A stretch of 64,000 bases of DNA, taken from the NCBI GenBank assembly GCA_035314465.1, contig DATFZM010000010.1, positions 16,181-80,180 on the forward strand, written 5' to 3'. Source of the DNA: Solirubrobacteraceae bacterium (GTDB lineage: Bacteria; Actinomycetota; Thermoleophilia; Solirubrobacterales; Solirubrobacteraceae). Positions 27,405 to 37,055 of this stretch are shown here, in pieces. Under the pieces are notes generated by a model, which was not told the DNA's origin, searched no databases, and saw only the letters and a program-made list of their open reading frames with translations. The number at the start of each line of letters is the position of its first letter. The stretch's first letter is position 1. The translations under genes were made by a program, and so were the position numbers.

Positions 27405-28616
27405 CTAGGAAGAGGGGCGCTCGAACACCGCCGCGAGTCCCTGGCCGCCGCCGATGCACATCGTCTCGAGCCCGTAGCGCGCCTCGCGTCGATCCATCTC
27501 GTGCAGCAGCGTGGCGAGGATCCGCGCGCCGGTGGCGCCGACCGGATGCCCGAGCGAGATGCCCGAGCCGTTCACGTTCACCCGCTCGAGCCCGTCCTCC
27601 AGGCGCCAGTGGCCGAGCACGGCCAGCACCTGCGACGCGAACGCCTCGTTCAGCTCGATCAGATCGAGGTCGTCGAGCGCGAGGCCGCCGCGCGCCAGCG
27701 CGAGCTCGGTCGAGGGCACGGGCCCGATCCCCATCGTCTCGGGCGCGACCCCCGCCACCGCCCACGAGACGAGCCTGCCCATCGGGCGAAGGCCGAGCTC
27801 CTGCGCCTTGGCGGCGTGGGTCACGATGCAGATCGCAGCGCCGTCGTTCTGGCCGCTCGCGTTGCCGGCCGTGACGGTAGCGTCGGGGTCCTCGCGACCC
27901 ATCACGGGACGTAGGCGCGCGAGCGCCTCGAGGCTCGCGTCGGCGCGCGGATGCTCGTCGACGTCGATGACGCGATCGCCGACCGTCACCGGGACCAGCT
28001 CGGCGGCGAAGCGGCCCTCGCGATGCGCCGCAATCGCGAGCTCGTGCGAGCGCAGCGCGAGCTCGTCCTGACGCTCCCGGGAGACCCCGTAGTCGCGCCG
28101 GACGTTCTCGGCCGTCTCGAGCATCCCGCCCGGCACCGGGTGTTTGCTGCCGCCCGCGGTCACGCGCGCGCGTGCGAGCCTGTCGTCGAGGCGGGCACCG
28201 CCGCTTCTCACCCCCCAGCGCAGTCCGGTCGAGTAGAGCTCCACCTGGCTCATGCTCTCCACGCCGCCGGCGAGCACCAGCTCGGCGGCGCCGGTCTGAA
28301 CCTGCAGGCAGCCGTTGATCACCGCCTGCAGCGCCGATCCGCAGCGCCGATCGACCTGCATTCCCGGCACCTCGACTGGCAGGCCCGCGTCGAGCGCGGC
28401 CACGCGCCCGATCGCCGGGGCCTCGCCGTTGGGGTAGCACTGCCCCATGATCACGTCCTCGACGTCCTCAACGCGAAGGCCCGTGCGCTCGACGATCGCC
28501 TCGATCACGCGGGCCGCGAGCGACGCCGCGGGCACGTCGCGGAAGACCCCGCCGAACCTGCCCACGGGCGTACGCAGCGGTTCACAGACGACGGCGTCGC
28601 GAGGGGCGGGGAGCAT
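27405..28616 (-). CDS. Acetyl-CoA acyltransferase (thiolase)
   Basis: 'DRRCGS', 'NEAFA', 'GHPVGATG', 'CIGGGQG'. Confidence 0.95.
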   Translation of the reverse strand: MLPAPRDAVVCEPLRTPVGRFGGVFRDVPAASLAARVIEAIVERTGLRVEDVEDVIMGQCYPNGEAPAIGRVAALDAGLPVEVPGMQVDRRCGSALQAVINGCLQVQTGAAELVLAGGVESMSQVELYSTGLRWGVRSGGARLDDRLARARVTAGGSKHPVPGGMLETAENVRRDYGVSRERQDELALRSHELAIAAHREGRFAAELVPVTVGDRVIDVDEHPRADASLEALARLRPVMGREDPDATVTAGNASGQNDGAAICIVTHAAKAQELGLRPMGRLVSWAVAGVAPETMGIGPVPSTELALARGGLALDDLDLIELNEAFASQVLAVLGHWRLEDGLERVNVNGSGISLGHPVGATGARILATLLHEMDRREARYGLETMCIGGGQGLAAVFERPSS

Positions 28617-28720
28617 CGGTGCATTCTTGCATCGCGCTCACGAGCGGGGCGGTGAAACGCACGCACTGCGTGGCGCCAGCACGGCCGCGAGCCAAGCGGC
28701 CCTAGGGATGGATGCGCCGC

Positions 28721-31700
28721 TCAGCTGTATGTGAACGAGTCGCCGGGCGGCTTCTTGGGGCTGTTGAGTTTCGCCACCGTCGCGACCACTTCGACCGTGC
28801 CGGCAGTACCGATGGGCGTCTTCATCGTGCATTCGGTGGTGGTCGCGCACGACGCCGACGTCGCCTTGCGCAAGCCGAATCTGAAGGTCGTCGCCGTGGT
28901 TCCGGTCACGAACCCGGTGCCGGTCACGGTTACGAGTTCACCGCCGGTGATCGATCCCGTGTTGGGCGCGACGCTTTCGACCGTCGGCGTGTAGCTGAAG
29001 TGGTCTTTGGTCGACGTCGCGCTCGTGCCGCCCACGGTCGTAACGGTCACGTCCACCACGCCGACGGCTCCGGGCGGCGACGTGGCCGTGATCGAGGTTT
29101 CGGAGCTGACCGTGAAGCTGGCTTTCGCGCCGCCGAAGCTGACCGCCGTGGCGCCCAATAGTCCCGTGCCGGTGATCGTGACTTTCGTTTCCTGCCCGTT
29201 CGGCCCAGAGATAGGCGACAGCTTGGTAACGGTCGGCGCTTTGACGTAGGTGTAGCGGGCGGCCGTGCTCGGCGCGCTCGTGCCCGCCGGCGTCGTGACC
29301 GTGACGTAGACGCTGCCGGTGCCGGCCGGCGCGACCGCGGTGAGGGTGTTCGGCGAGGTCACTTCGTAGCTGATCGCGGGCGTCGAGCCGAACTTGACGG
29401 CGCTGACTTCGTCGAAGTTCGCGCCCGTCACCGTCACCGCGTTGCCTCCGCCCGTCGGGCCCTGCGCTTCTTTGAGGCCGCTGACGGCCGGGATCGGTTC
29501 GCCGAACGCCAGCATGTGAAAGCCGCCGGCCGACACGCTTGCGACCTTGGCGAGACCCAGCACCGCGACGGGGAGGTCGCTGGGGTTGCCGCTCGTGCCG
29601 TCGCCGAGCGTCCCCCAGCGGTTCACGCCCCACGTCATCACGGACCCGCTCGTCAGCAGCGCCGCGCTGTCGTGCCCTCCGGCCGTGATCGCCGAGACGC
29701 CCGATAGGCCCGTGACCGCGACGGGATTCACTTCCGCGGTTTTCATCCCGCCGTTGCCGAGCTCGCCGGAGCTGTCGTCGCCCCAGGCCATGACCGTGCC
29801 GTTGCTCTCGAGCGCAAGAGCGTGATCTGACCCCGCCGCGATGGAGGTGATTCCGCTCAGGCTGCCGACCGCGACGGGCACGTCGCTGAAGGGTTCTTCG
29901 ACGCCCGTGTTGCCGAGCTGATCCGATTCGTCGGCTCCCCACGCGTCGACGGTGCCTTTCGGCAGCAGCGCGAGGCTGAATTCGTCGCCCGCGGATACCG
30001 CCGTGACGCCGGTGAGGCCTTTGACCGCGACCGGGGTGCTGCTCGATTTGAGGGTTCCGTTGCCGAGCTGGCCATTTTCGTTGTCGCCCCAGGCCATCAC
30101 GGTGCCGTTGTTCAGCAGCGCGAGGCTGTGGGAGCCGCCGGCCGCGATCGCCTTCACGCCGGTCAGCCCTTTGACGGCAACCGGCACTTCGCTGTTCGTC
30201 GTCTTGCCGTCGCCGAGCTGGCCGCTTTCGTCGTCGCCCCAGGCCATCACGGTCCCGTTGCTGAGCAGCGCGAGGCTGTGGGAGCCTCCGGCCGCGATCG
30301 CCTTGACGCCCGTGAGAGCACTGACGGGCACGGGTACGCTCCTCGTTTCGGTCGTGCCGTCGCCGAGCTGTCCGTCTTCGTTCTCGCCCCATGCGGTCAC
30401 GGTGCCGTCGGCGAGCAGCGCCAGGCTGTGCTCGCCGCCCGCCGACACTGAGGTGACGAACTTCAGCCCGGTCACGCTGACCGGAAAGTCCTCCTGGGCT
30501 TCAAAGGATCCGTTGCCGAGCTGCCGCTCCACGTTCTTGCCCCAGGCTACGGCGCTGTAGTGGTTACTGGCCACGGTCAGCGTCGCCAGGGCGCTCGTGG
30601 CGCTCCCCGCGACGTTCGTAAAGACCGCGCGGTAGTCGTCGCCGTTTTCGGAGAGCTGGGTGGCGGCGATCGTGAGCTGATCGGCGGTCCCCCCGGATAC
30701 GGCTTTCCAGGTGCTGCCACCGTTCGTCGAGACTTCCCACTGAATGGTCGGCGACGGGAAGCCCGAGGCGGTGGCTTCGAAGCTCGCGGCTTCGCCGGCC
30801 TGCACGGTGATGCTCATGGGCTGCAGGGTCAGGACGGGCGGCGAATGCACGGTGAGCGTAGCGGTCTGGCTCGTTGCCTGACCGGCGGCGTTGGTGAACA
30901 CGGCGCGATACAGCTGGCCGTTCTGCGCGCCCGAGACGTCCACGAGCGTGAGCTTGTCCGAGGTCGCGCCTTCCACCGGGCTCCACGTCGTCCCCCCATC
31001 GCTCGAGAGTTCCCATTGCACGGCGGGCGTGGGGAAGCCCGAGGCAGCGGCTTCGAAGGTCGCGCTCTGCCCTTCGTCGACGACCGCGCTCGAGGGCTGT
31101 TTGGTCACGGCGGGCAGGAGATGGACCGTGAGGGTCGCGGGCTGGCTCGTCGCCTTGCCCGCCACGTTCTGGAACGTGGCGCGGTACTCGTGCCCGCTTT
31201 CGGAGGTCTTCGCACCGGTTACGGTGAGGCGATCGGAGGTAGCGCCCGACACGGCGCTCCAGGTTTTGCCGCTGTTGATCGACAGTTCCCACTGCACGGT
31301 CGGCGTGGGCACGCCGTTGGCCGCGACTTCGAAGACCGCGTTCTGGCCTTCTTCGACGGTCTCGCTCGTCGGTTGCGTGCTCACGTTCGGGGCTTCGTGC
31401 ACGGTGAGCGTCGCGGAGGCGCTCGTCACTTCCCCGGCGGCGTTGCGAAACACGGCCCGGAAGTCGTCGCCGCTTTCGGCGAACGTCGCGATCGCAATCG
31501 TCAGCTGGTCCGAGGTCGCTCCTTCGATCGGGGCGTACGTCGTTCCATCGGTCGAGACTTCCCACTGCACGGTCGGCGCCGGGAACCCAGACGCCGTCGC
31601 TTCGAAGCTCGCGGTCTGACCCTCTTCGACGGTCTCCGAGAGCGGCTGTTTGGTCACGGCGGGCGCCTTGCGGACGGTCAACAGCGCAGATTCGGTGGTC

Positions 31701-32392
31701 ACTTCGGCGGCCGCGTTCTTGAAGACGGCACGGTAGAGACGACCGCTGAAGCTCGTTTTCACGTTCGCGACGGTGAGGGTGTCGGAGGTGCCGCCCGGCA
31801 CGGGCGCCCATTCCACACCGCCGTCGGTCGAGTCTTCCCAGGTCACTTTCGGCGTCGGCGAGCCTTCCGCCGCGGCTTCGAATTTCGCGCTCTGGCCTTC
31901 TTCGAGCGTGACACTCACCGGTTGCTTGGTTATAACCGGCGCCTTCACCACGGTGAGCGCCACGGCGGCGCTCGTGGCTTTCCCTACGGAGTTGATGAAG
32001 ACGGCGCGGAACTTCTCGCCGCTTTCGGAGAGCTTCGCGCTCGCGATCAAGAGCTGGTCGGAGGTTGCTCCTGCGACGGGGGTGTACGTGGTGCCGTTGG
32101 TCGACACTTCCCACTGCACTGTCGGCGCCGGATTTCCCGAGGCGGTCGCTTCGAAGGCCGCTGGCTGGCCTTCTTCAACCGTGAGCGCGACCGGCTGTTT
32201 GGTGATTTTGGGAGCTGTTTTCGTTTCGGCCAGCGCGGACATCGCGCCCGCGAGGCCGCCGAGCCCGAGCAGCGCGAGCAGTACGGCCGCGAGCGCGGCC
32301 CGCGCGCGAACGCGCGATCGGCGCGTCCAAGCGCCCTCGCTCTCCCCGGGTGCGTCAACTCCAGATCGAGCCCGCATGGTCCTCCGTGCCAT
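28721..32392 (-). CDS. Large secreted/surface protein: 6 Ig-like repeats, 7 RCC1-like repeats, 3 IPT/TIG domains
   Basis: Signal-like TM; six 'P..T.QP...V..G..A.F...A.G.P.P..QW' units; seven '(A/T)WG' RCC1 blades; three 'P.V....P..G...G..VT.TG' units. Start uncertain. Confidence 0.85.
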   Translation of the reverse strand: MARRTMRARSGVDAPGESEGAWTRRSRVRARAALAAVLLALLGLGGLAGAMSALAETKTAPKITKQPVALTVEEGQPAAFEATASGNPAPTVQWEVSTNGTTYTPVAGATSDQLLIASAKLSESGEKFRAVFINSVGKATSAAVALTVVKAPVITKQPVSVTLEEGQSAKFEAAAEGSPTPKVTWEDSTDGGVEWAPVPGGTSDTLTVANVKTSFSGRLYRAVFKNAAAEVTTESALLTVRKAPAVTKQPLSETVEEGQTASFEATASGFPAPTVQWEVSTDGTTYAPIEGATSDQLTIAIATFAESGDDFRAVFRNAAGEVTSASATLTVHEAPNVSTQPTSETVEEGQNAVFEVAANGVPTPTVQWELSINSGKTWSAVSGATSDRLTVTGAKTSESGHEYRATFQNVAGKATSQPATLTVHLLPAVTKQPSSAVVDEGQSATFEAAASGFPTPAVQWELSSDGGTTWSPVEGATSDKLTLVDVSGAQNGQLYRAVFTNAAGQATSQTATLTVHSPPVLTLQPMSITVQAGEAASFEATASGFPSPTIQWEVSTNGGSTWKAVSGGTADQLTIAATQLSENGDDYRAVFTNVAGSATSALATLTVASNHYSAVAWGKNVERQLGNGSFEAQEDFPVSVTGLKFVTSVSAGGEHSLALLADGTVTAWGENEDGQLGDGTTETRSVPVPVSALTGVKAIAAGGSHSLALLSNGTVMAWGDDESGQLGDGKTTNSEVPVAVKGLTGVKAIAAGGSHSLALLNNGTVMAWGDNENGQLGNGTLKSSSTPVAVKGLTGVTAVSAGDEFSLALLPKGTVDAWGADESDQLGNTGVEEPFSDVPVAVGSLSGITSIAAGSDHALALESNGTVMAWGDDSSGELGNGGMKTAEVNPVAVTGLSGVSAITAGGHDSAALLTSGSVMTWGVNRWGTLGDGTSGNPSDLPVAVLGLAKVASVSAGGFHMLAFGEPIPAVSGLKEAQGPTGGGNAVTVTGANFDEVSAVKFGSTPAISYEVTSPNTLTAVAPAGTGSVYVTVTTPAGTSAPSTAARYTYVKAPTVTKLSPISGPNGQETKVTITGTGLLGATAVSFGGAKASFTVSSETSITATSPPGAVGVVDVTVTTVGGTSATSTKDHFSYTPTVESVAPNTGSITGGELVTVTGTGFVTGTTATTFRFGLRKATSASCATTTECTMKTPIGTAGTVEVVATVAKLNSPKKPPGDSFTYS

Positions 32393-32494
32393 TCCCGTCC
32401 CCCATCGTCTCTCACGCCGAGCGGCGGCAAGGCTAGCATTACGGAGCTTCGCAAGCAACCAGGGCTCGCGAGAGGCCACACACCGTGCGCTAGA

Positions 32495-32583
32495 CGGAGA
32501 GGGAGGGATTCGAACCCTCGAACGAGGTCTCCCCCGTTACGCGATTTCCAGTCGCGCCCGTTCAACCGCTCTGGCACCTCTCC
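32495..32583 (-). tRNA. tRNA-Ser(GGA)
   Basis: GGAGAGG TG CCAGAGCGGTTGAACGG G CGCGA CT-GGA-AA TCGCG, long variable arm, GAGGG TTCGAAT CCCTC CCTCTCC G. Confidence 0.95.
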
Positions 32584-32695
32584 TGGCGCTCTCCTGTGCG
32601 CGCTCCTGCACACGGACGCGGGGCCCGTGGGCGGCCCGGCCCCGCACGAGTGAAGGCTACGGCACGCGCGCCCGCAGCGTTGCTAGGCTCCAGCG

Positions 32696-32866
32696 ATGCT
32701 CCTCGCAGCCAGCGCCGCATTCACCAAGACGTTCGGCCTGATCGTCGTGTTCGGCGGGATCGGCCTGATCGTCAACGTGATCCTCGCGTACATAGCCGTG
32801 CAGATCATGGGCGAGCGCCGCCAGAACAAGGAATACGCGGCCAGCCGTCGTCCGCCGCAGACCTGA
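32696..32866 (+). CDS. 56-aa small membrane protein (not in the ORF track)
   Basis: MLLAASAAFTKTFGLIVVFGGIGLIVNVILAYIAVQIMGERRQNKEYAASRRPPQT; GC-rich third positions; TAGGCT 6 nt upstream. Confidence 0.7.
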   Translation: MLLAASAAFTKTFGLIVVFGGIGLIVNVILAYIAVQIMGERRQNKEYAASRRPPQT

Positions 32867-32916
32867 GGCGCGGACGGCCCGCGCGCCTGCGCTGCAAGAG
32901 CCCGGGCGCGGATCGC

Positions 32917-33999
32917 CTAGATGACGTAGACGGGGGTGCCGACCGGCGACCTGCCGTACAGCGCGATCACGTCCGGGATGCGCATCCGGACGCAGCCATG
33001 AGAGGCGTCGTGTCCGATCGAGGAGTACTCGCTGGGATCTATGCCGTGGATCCCAGCGCCGCCGTCGAAGGCCATGAATCGCGCCTTCAGCGGATCGGCG
33101 GGTCCCGGCGGGACGACGGTGCCGGCGAGCGCTCCGGCCCAGGCTTTCTTCGGCACGTACCAGGGCGGGTCGACCTGCTCCCATTGGATGTGGTAGAGGC
33201 CGGCCGGTGTTTCTAGGCCTTCCATCCCAACGGCGATTTCATACGTTTTCGCGAGTTTGAGATGTTCATAGAAGCGAAGCCTGAAATCCGAGCGCACGAC
33301 GACGATGTAGGCCGGATACCGCGCTGCGAGATTGGCCGTCGTGATCGCCGGATCCGTATGGAGGGTCGGCACGTGCACGCTGCGCGTGGGGGCGAGCCCC
33401 AGCAGCGCGTGATCGATGCGGTCGCCGAGCCGCGAACCCTCGACGACGATCCCCACCTCACTCGGAACCGTTTCCAGACCGCTCGCCGTAGGCTGCACGG
33501 TCGCGTCGCGAGGCGGGCGGTCGACGGCGGCGCTGATGTGCGCGGTGAGCGTCCGCACGGCCGTGTGGGAGTAGCTGACCGCGAGCGGGATGTTGCGCTG
33601 GACGCCTCCGCCGAACAGATCCCGAGCCGTGCGCGTGAAGATCGAGCCTTCGCGGCTGACGCTCACGGCTTGGTCGACCATGTTCGCGACGTCGATATGA
33701 ACGGCGGCCTGGCTCGAAGTGAGCGTCCAGGAGCGAGAGCCGATGTGCAACGTGACCGGTTGGCGGAGCCGGTTGACGAGGACGTGCTCGAGGCGACTGC
33801 GAGCCGCCTGGGCGTGCAGGCCGCCGACCGCGACGCCGTCGATGCGAACGCCCGAGGCGATCACGTCGCGGCGCGAGTGGTCATAGAGGTAGGCCGCGAG
33901 CGCGAGGACCAACAGTAGGAGGACGCCACCGATCGCGATCCGCGGCAGCAAGGAGCGGCCCCGCGGTAGGCCGCCTTCGCTCAGCGACGACGCAGCCAC
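32917..33999 (-). CDS. L,D-transpeptidase (YkuD domain) with peptidoglycan-binding region
   Basis: N-terminal TM; 'IAVG..TPAG', 'GIHG..IGHDASHGCVRM'. Start uncertain. Confidence 0.88.
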   Translation of the reverse strand: MAASSLSEGGLPRGRSLLPRIAIGGVLLLLVLALAAYLYDHSRRDVIASGVRIDGVAVGGLHAQAARSRLEHVLVNRLRQPVTLHIGSRSWTLTSSQAAVHIDVANMVDQAVSVSREGSIFTRTARDLFGGGVQRNIPLAVSYSHTAVRTLTAHISAAVDRPPRDATVQPTASGLETVPSEVGIVVEGSRLGDRIDHALLGLAPTRSVHVPTLHTDPAITTANLAARYPAYIVVVRSDFRLRFYEHLKLAKTYEIAVGMEGLETPAGLYHIQWEQVDPPWYVPKKAWAGALAGTVVPPGPADPLKARFMAFDGGAGIHGIDPSEYSSIGHDASHGCVRMRIPDVIALYGRSPVGTPVYVI

Positions 34000-34120
34000 G
34001 TGAGCCTCGAAGGAGTTCCTGCGCGCAGGAGTTCGATCGCCGCAGTCTAGCCCCGCGCTTCTCGACGCCAGCGCGCTGCAAGGCCGCTGCCGAGAGGGCT
34101 CGCGGCCATCGGCCACGGCG

Positions 34121-34243
34121 TGGCGAGACCCCAAGCGCTATGCCTGGCTGCTCGGCCTGATCATCCCCACGCTTCCCTTCATCACCTGGGGGATGGTCCA
34201 GCTCACGGGCGTGGGCGCCCTCTGGCGCCTGCAAGGGTCGTGA
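34121..34243 (+). pseudogene. alkB: Remnant of alkane 1-monooxygenase (N-terminal fragment only)
   Basis: 'WRDPKRYAWLLGLIIPTLPFITWGMVQLTGVGALW' resembles the actinobacterial AlkB N-terminus, then stops; GTGA overlap with the rubredoxin. Confidence 0.7.
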
Positions 34244-34428
34244 GCAGCTATCGCTGCCGCGGCTACGTCTACGTCTACGTCTACGTCTACGTCTACGTCT
34301 ACGACGAGGATCTCGGGCATCCGCGCGAGGGGTTCCCTCCCGGCACACGCTGGAGCGAGGTGCCCGACGACTGGCCATGCCCGGGCTGCGGCGTTCGCGA
34401 TAAGGTCGATTTCGAGTCGGACGATTGA
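34240..34428 (+). pseudogene. rubA: Rubredoxin (RubA/AlkG1-like) with the first CxxC disrupted by a repeat expansion
   Basis: 'YRCRG(YV)6YDEDLGHPREGFPPGTRWSEVPDDWPCPGCGVRDKVDF'; only three Cys remain. Confidence 0.75.
34264..34299. repeat. (TACGTC)6 microsatellite
   Basis: Six perfect copies read directly. Confidence 0.95.
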
Positions 34429-34459
34429 GCGTGCCAACCGAGCGACCGACTCTCGAGAG

Positions 34460-35107
34460 ATGGCTCCTGCCCGTGAACGCATCCCGTACTCGCTCGCCGC
34501 GCGCGAGCTGCTCCGCAACACGCTCCTCGACGCAGCGTGCGACGAACTCGTCGAGCGGCGCTGGGCCGACATCACGATGGCCGACATCGCGCGCGCGGCC
34601 GGCGTCAGCCGCCAGACGCTCTACAAGGAGTTCGGATCGCGCGAGGAGTTCTCCCAGGCCCTCGTCCTGCGGGAGGCCGAGCGCTTCCTGAACGCGGTGC
34701 AGGAGGCCGTGAACGCCAACCTCGGATCTCCCGCGACGGCGCTTTCGGCGGCCTTCGACGTCTTCCTCACGGCGGCGGCGGAGAACCCACTGGTGCGCAC
34801 GGTCGTCGCCGGCGAGGGCGCCGAGGGGCTGCTCGTGCTGTTCACGACGCACGGCCAGCCGCTCGTCGAGTCCGCAACGGCGCGCCTGACGGAGATGATC
34901 CTGACCGCTTGGCCGATCGTGCACCAGGGCGACGCCGAGCTGCTCAGCGAGGTCCTCGTGCGGCTTGCGATCAGCTACGCCGCGCTGCCGAAAGGTCCGG
35001 CGAGCATGGGAGCCGACTCGGTGGCGGCGCTGCTTGGACCGTACGTCGAGCGCCGCTTCCCGGCCGGCGGCGCGGTCCCTCGCCGCGCCGGCGCGCGCCG
35101 CGCGTGA
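34460..35107 (+). CDS. TetR family regulator of the alk-operon (AlkU/AlkX-like) type
   Basis: 'RIPYSLAARELLRNTLLDAA..WADITMADIARAAGVSRQTLYKEFGSR'; follows rubredoxin as in actinobacterial alkB-rub-tetR loci. Confidence 0.85.
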   Translation: MAPARERIPYSLAARELLRNTLLDAACDELVERRWADITMADIARAAGVSRQTLYKEFGSREEFSQALVLREAERFLNAVQEAVNANLGSPATALSAAFDVFLTAAAENPLVRTVVAGEGAEGLLVLFTTHGQPLVESATARLTEMILTAWPIVHQGDAELLSEVLVRLAISYAALPKGPASMGADSVAALLGPYVERRFPAGGAVPRRAGARRA

Positions 35108-35119
35108 GCGCTTCGCCGC

Positions 35120-36007
35120 CTACTCGGCTGCGGACGCGGGAGCGGCGTGAGCCGCTTCGCGAGCGCGCCGGTACTCGTTGACGACGATGTCGGTGAGCTC
35201 CTCGACGGAGGTCTCGGCCGTCGGCTTGTCGAGCGCGATCACGCCATCCTGGATCATGCTCACGCGGTCGCACGCCTGCAGGACGTGGACGTAGTTGTGC
35301 AGGATCATGATCATCGAGACCCTGCCCTCCTCCTTCAGCCGAGCGACGAGGTCGAGGATCTGGGCGCCCTCCTTCGCGCCCATTGCCGCGAGCGGCTCGT
35401 CCAGCAGGATGATGTCGGCGTCGGAGTTGACCGTGCGAGCAACGGCGATCGCCTGGCGCTGGCCGCCGGAGAGCCTCGCCACAGCGACGTCGATCCTCGG
35501 GATGTTGATGCCGATCTCGTCGAGCGCCGCGCGCGCTTCGCGCTTCATCTGGCCGTTGGCCAGCAGTGGCAACGGCCGATGGACGCGCTCGCGACGTAGG
35601 AACAGGTTGTGGTAGACCGACAGTTCGTCGATCAGGGCGAGGTCCTGGTAGACCGTCCCGATGCCGTGAGCACGGGCGTCGTCGACGCTTTTCGGGGCGT
35701 AGGGCTGGCCGTGCAAGAACATTTCGCCGGAATCCTGCTTCTGGAAGCCGCAGATGATCTTGATCAGCGTCGACTTGCCGGCCCCGTTGTCCCCTAACAG
35801 CCCGAGCACCTCCCCCTTGCGTAGGTGGAGGTTGACATCTCGCAGCGCCGTGACCGGACCGAACTTCTTGGCGATGTGCTCGACACGCAGGACGTCGTCG
35901 CTCGCCTCCGTCGGCGCGATCGCGCCCGGCTCGCCGTCGATCAGCGGAGGCGATCCGGCCGGAGGCTCAGCCACTGGCGCTGTGCCCCCTGCGGACGCGT
36001 CCGACAT
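35120..36007 (-). CDS. Sugar ABC transporter ATP-binding protein
   Basis: 'GDNGAGKST', 'LSGGQRQ', 'LLDEP'. Confidence 0.93.
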   Translation of the reverse strand: MSDASAGGTAPVAEPPAGSPPLIDGEPGAIAPTEASDDVLRVEHIAKKFGPVTALRDVNLHLRKGEVLGLLGDNGAGKSTLIKIICGFQKQDSGEMFLHGQPYAPKSVDDARAHGIGTVYQDLALIDELSVYHNLFLRRERVHRPLPLLANGQMKREARAALDEIGINIPRIDVAVARLSGGQRQAIAVARTVNSDADIILLDEPLAAMGAKEGAQILDLVARLKEEGRVSMIMILHNYVHVLQACDRVSMIQDGVIALDKPTAETSVEELTDIVVNEYRRAREAAHAAPASAAE

Positions 36008-37034
36008 ACACGTTCGCCGTCATCGCGATGATCACCGCGAGGCCAGTGTAGAAGAGCAGGTAGTTGGCGTTGACACCCTGTATCACCAGGCCGTCCTTGA
36101 GCACGCCGAGGAACAGCGCCCCGATCAGCGCGCCCACGACGGTGCCCGCGCCGCCGCTCATCGCCGTACCGCCGATCACGGCCGCGGCTATCGCGAGCAG
36201 CTGCAGTTCGTTCGGTCCCGCCGGGTCCGGCTGGATCGTCGCCGCCCGCACCGCCTCGAACAGCCCCGTGAGGCCGGCGAGCATGCTGCAGAGCATGAAG
36301 TTGCGGATGTAGATCAGGTTCACCCGCACGCCTGCCTCGGACGCCCCCAGCTTGTTCGAGCCGACGGCCACCGTGTAGAGGCCCCAACGCGTGAAGCTGA
36401 GCACGATTTGCAGCACCACGATGATGCCCAACGCCCAGATCAGCTCCGAGTACGTTCCGCCGCCGAACACCTTGCCGAACGTCCCCAGCGGAGGCTGGCC
36501 GCCAGGCGTCGCGACCGGCGTTCCCTGGGAGATGATCAGCGCGATGCCCTCGAACGTGAACAGCATCCCCAGCGTCGCCACCAGCGAGCTGATGCCGACG
36601 ACCGCGACGTTGAACCCGTTGATGGCGCCGACGACCGTGCACGCCAGCAGCATCACGATCACGGCGGGCACCAGCGGCAGGCCGAACGAGGTGTTGAGCT
36701 TGTAGAACAGGACCGGCCCGAACAGGTACATCGCGCCGATCGACAGGTCGATCTCGCCGAGGATCATCACGAAGACCTCACCTGCCGCGAGGATCGCGAA
36801 CGGGGCGAAGTACGGCAGCAGCGTTTCGAAGTTGGCGCTGGTCAGGAACGCGCTCGTGTTGACCGAGAAGTAGATCACCACGATCAGAGTGATCACGATG
36901 ATGCTGCCCTCGCGGAGCGAGATCAGCCGCTCACCGACCTGCCGCCAAGTGGGGAGGGCCCGGCGCTCGTGCGCCGGGCCCTCAGAGCCAGCAGACGGCC
37001 CGGTCGAGGCGGGGCCGTGTGTCGCGCTCGCCAC
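35967..37034 (-). CDS. Sugar ABC transporter permease (RbsC-like)
   Basis: 'GEIDLSIG', 'AIAAAVIGGTAMSGGAG'; multiple TMs. Confidence 0.93.
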   Translation of the reverse strand: MASATHGPASTGPSAGSEGPAHERRALPTWRQVGERLISLREGSIIVITLIVVIYFSVNTSAFLTSANFETLLPYFAPFAILAAGEVFVMILGEIDLSIGAMYLFGPVLFYKLNTSFGLPLVPAVIVMLLACTVVGAINGFNVAVVGISSLVATLGMLFTFEGIALIISQGTPVATPGGQPPLGTFGKVFGGGTYSELIWALGIIVVLQIVLSFTRWGLYTVAVGSNKLGASEAGVRVNLIYIRNFMLCSMLAGLTGLFEAVRAATIQPDPAGPNELQLLAIAAAVIGGTAMSGGAGTVVGALIGALFLGVLKDGLVIQGVNANYLLFYTGLAVIIAMTANVYVGRVRRGHSASG

Positions 37035-37055
37035 GATCCTCCTCGCGATCCGCCG

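Noticed and set aside
30560-32653. 697-aa plus-strand ORF
   Set aside because: Antisense shadow of the repeat surface protein; typical of high-GC DNA.
34264-34299. CRISPR-like array
   Set aside because: Simple hexamer repeat without spacers; no cas genes. No CRISPR array was seen anywhere in the window.
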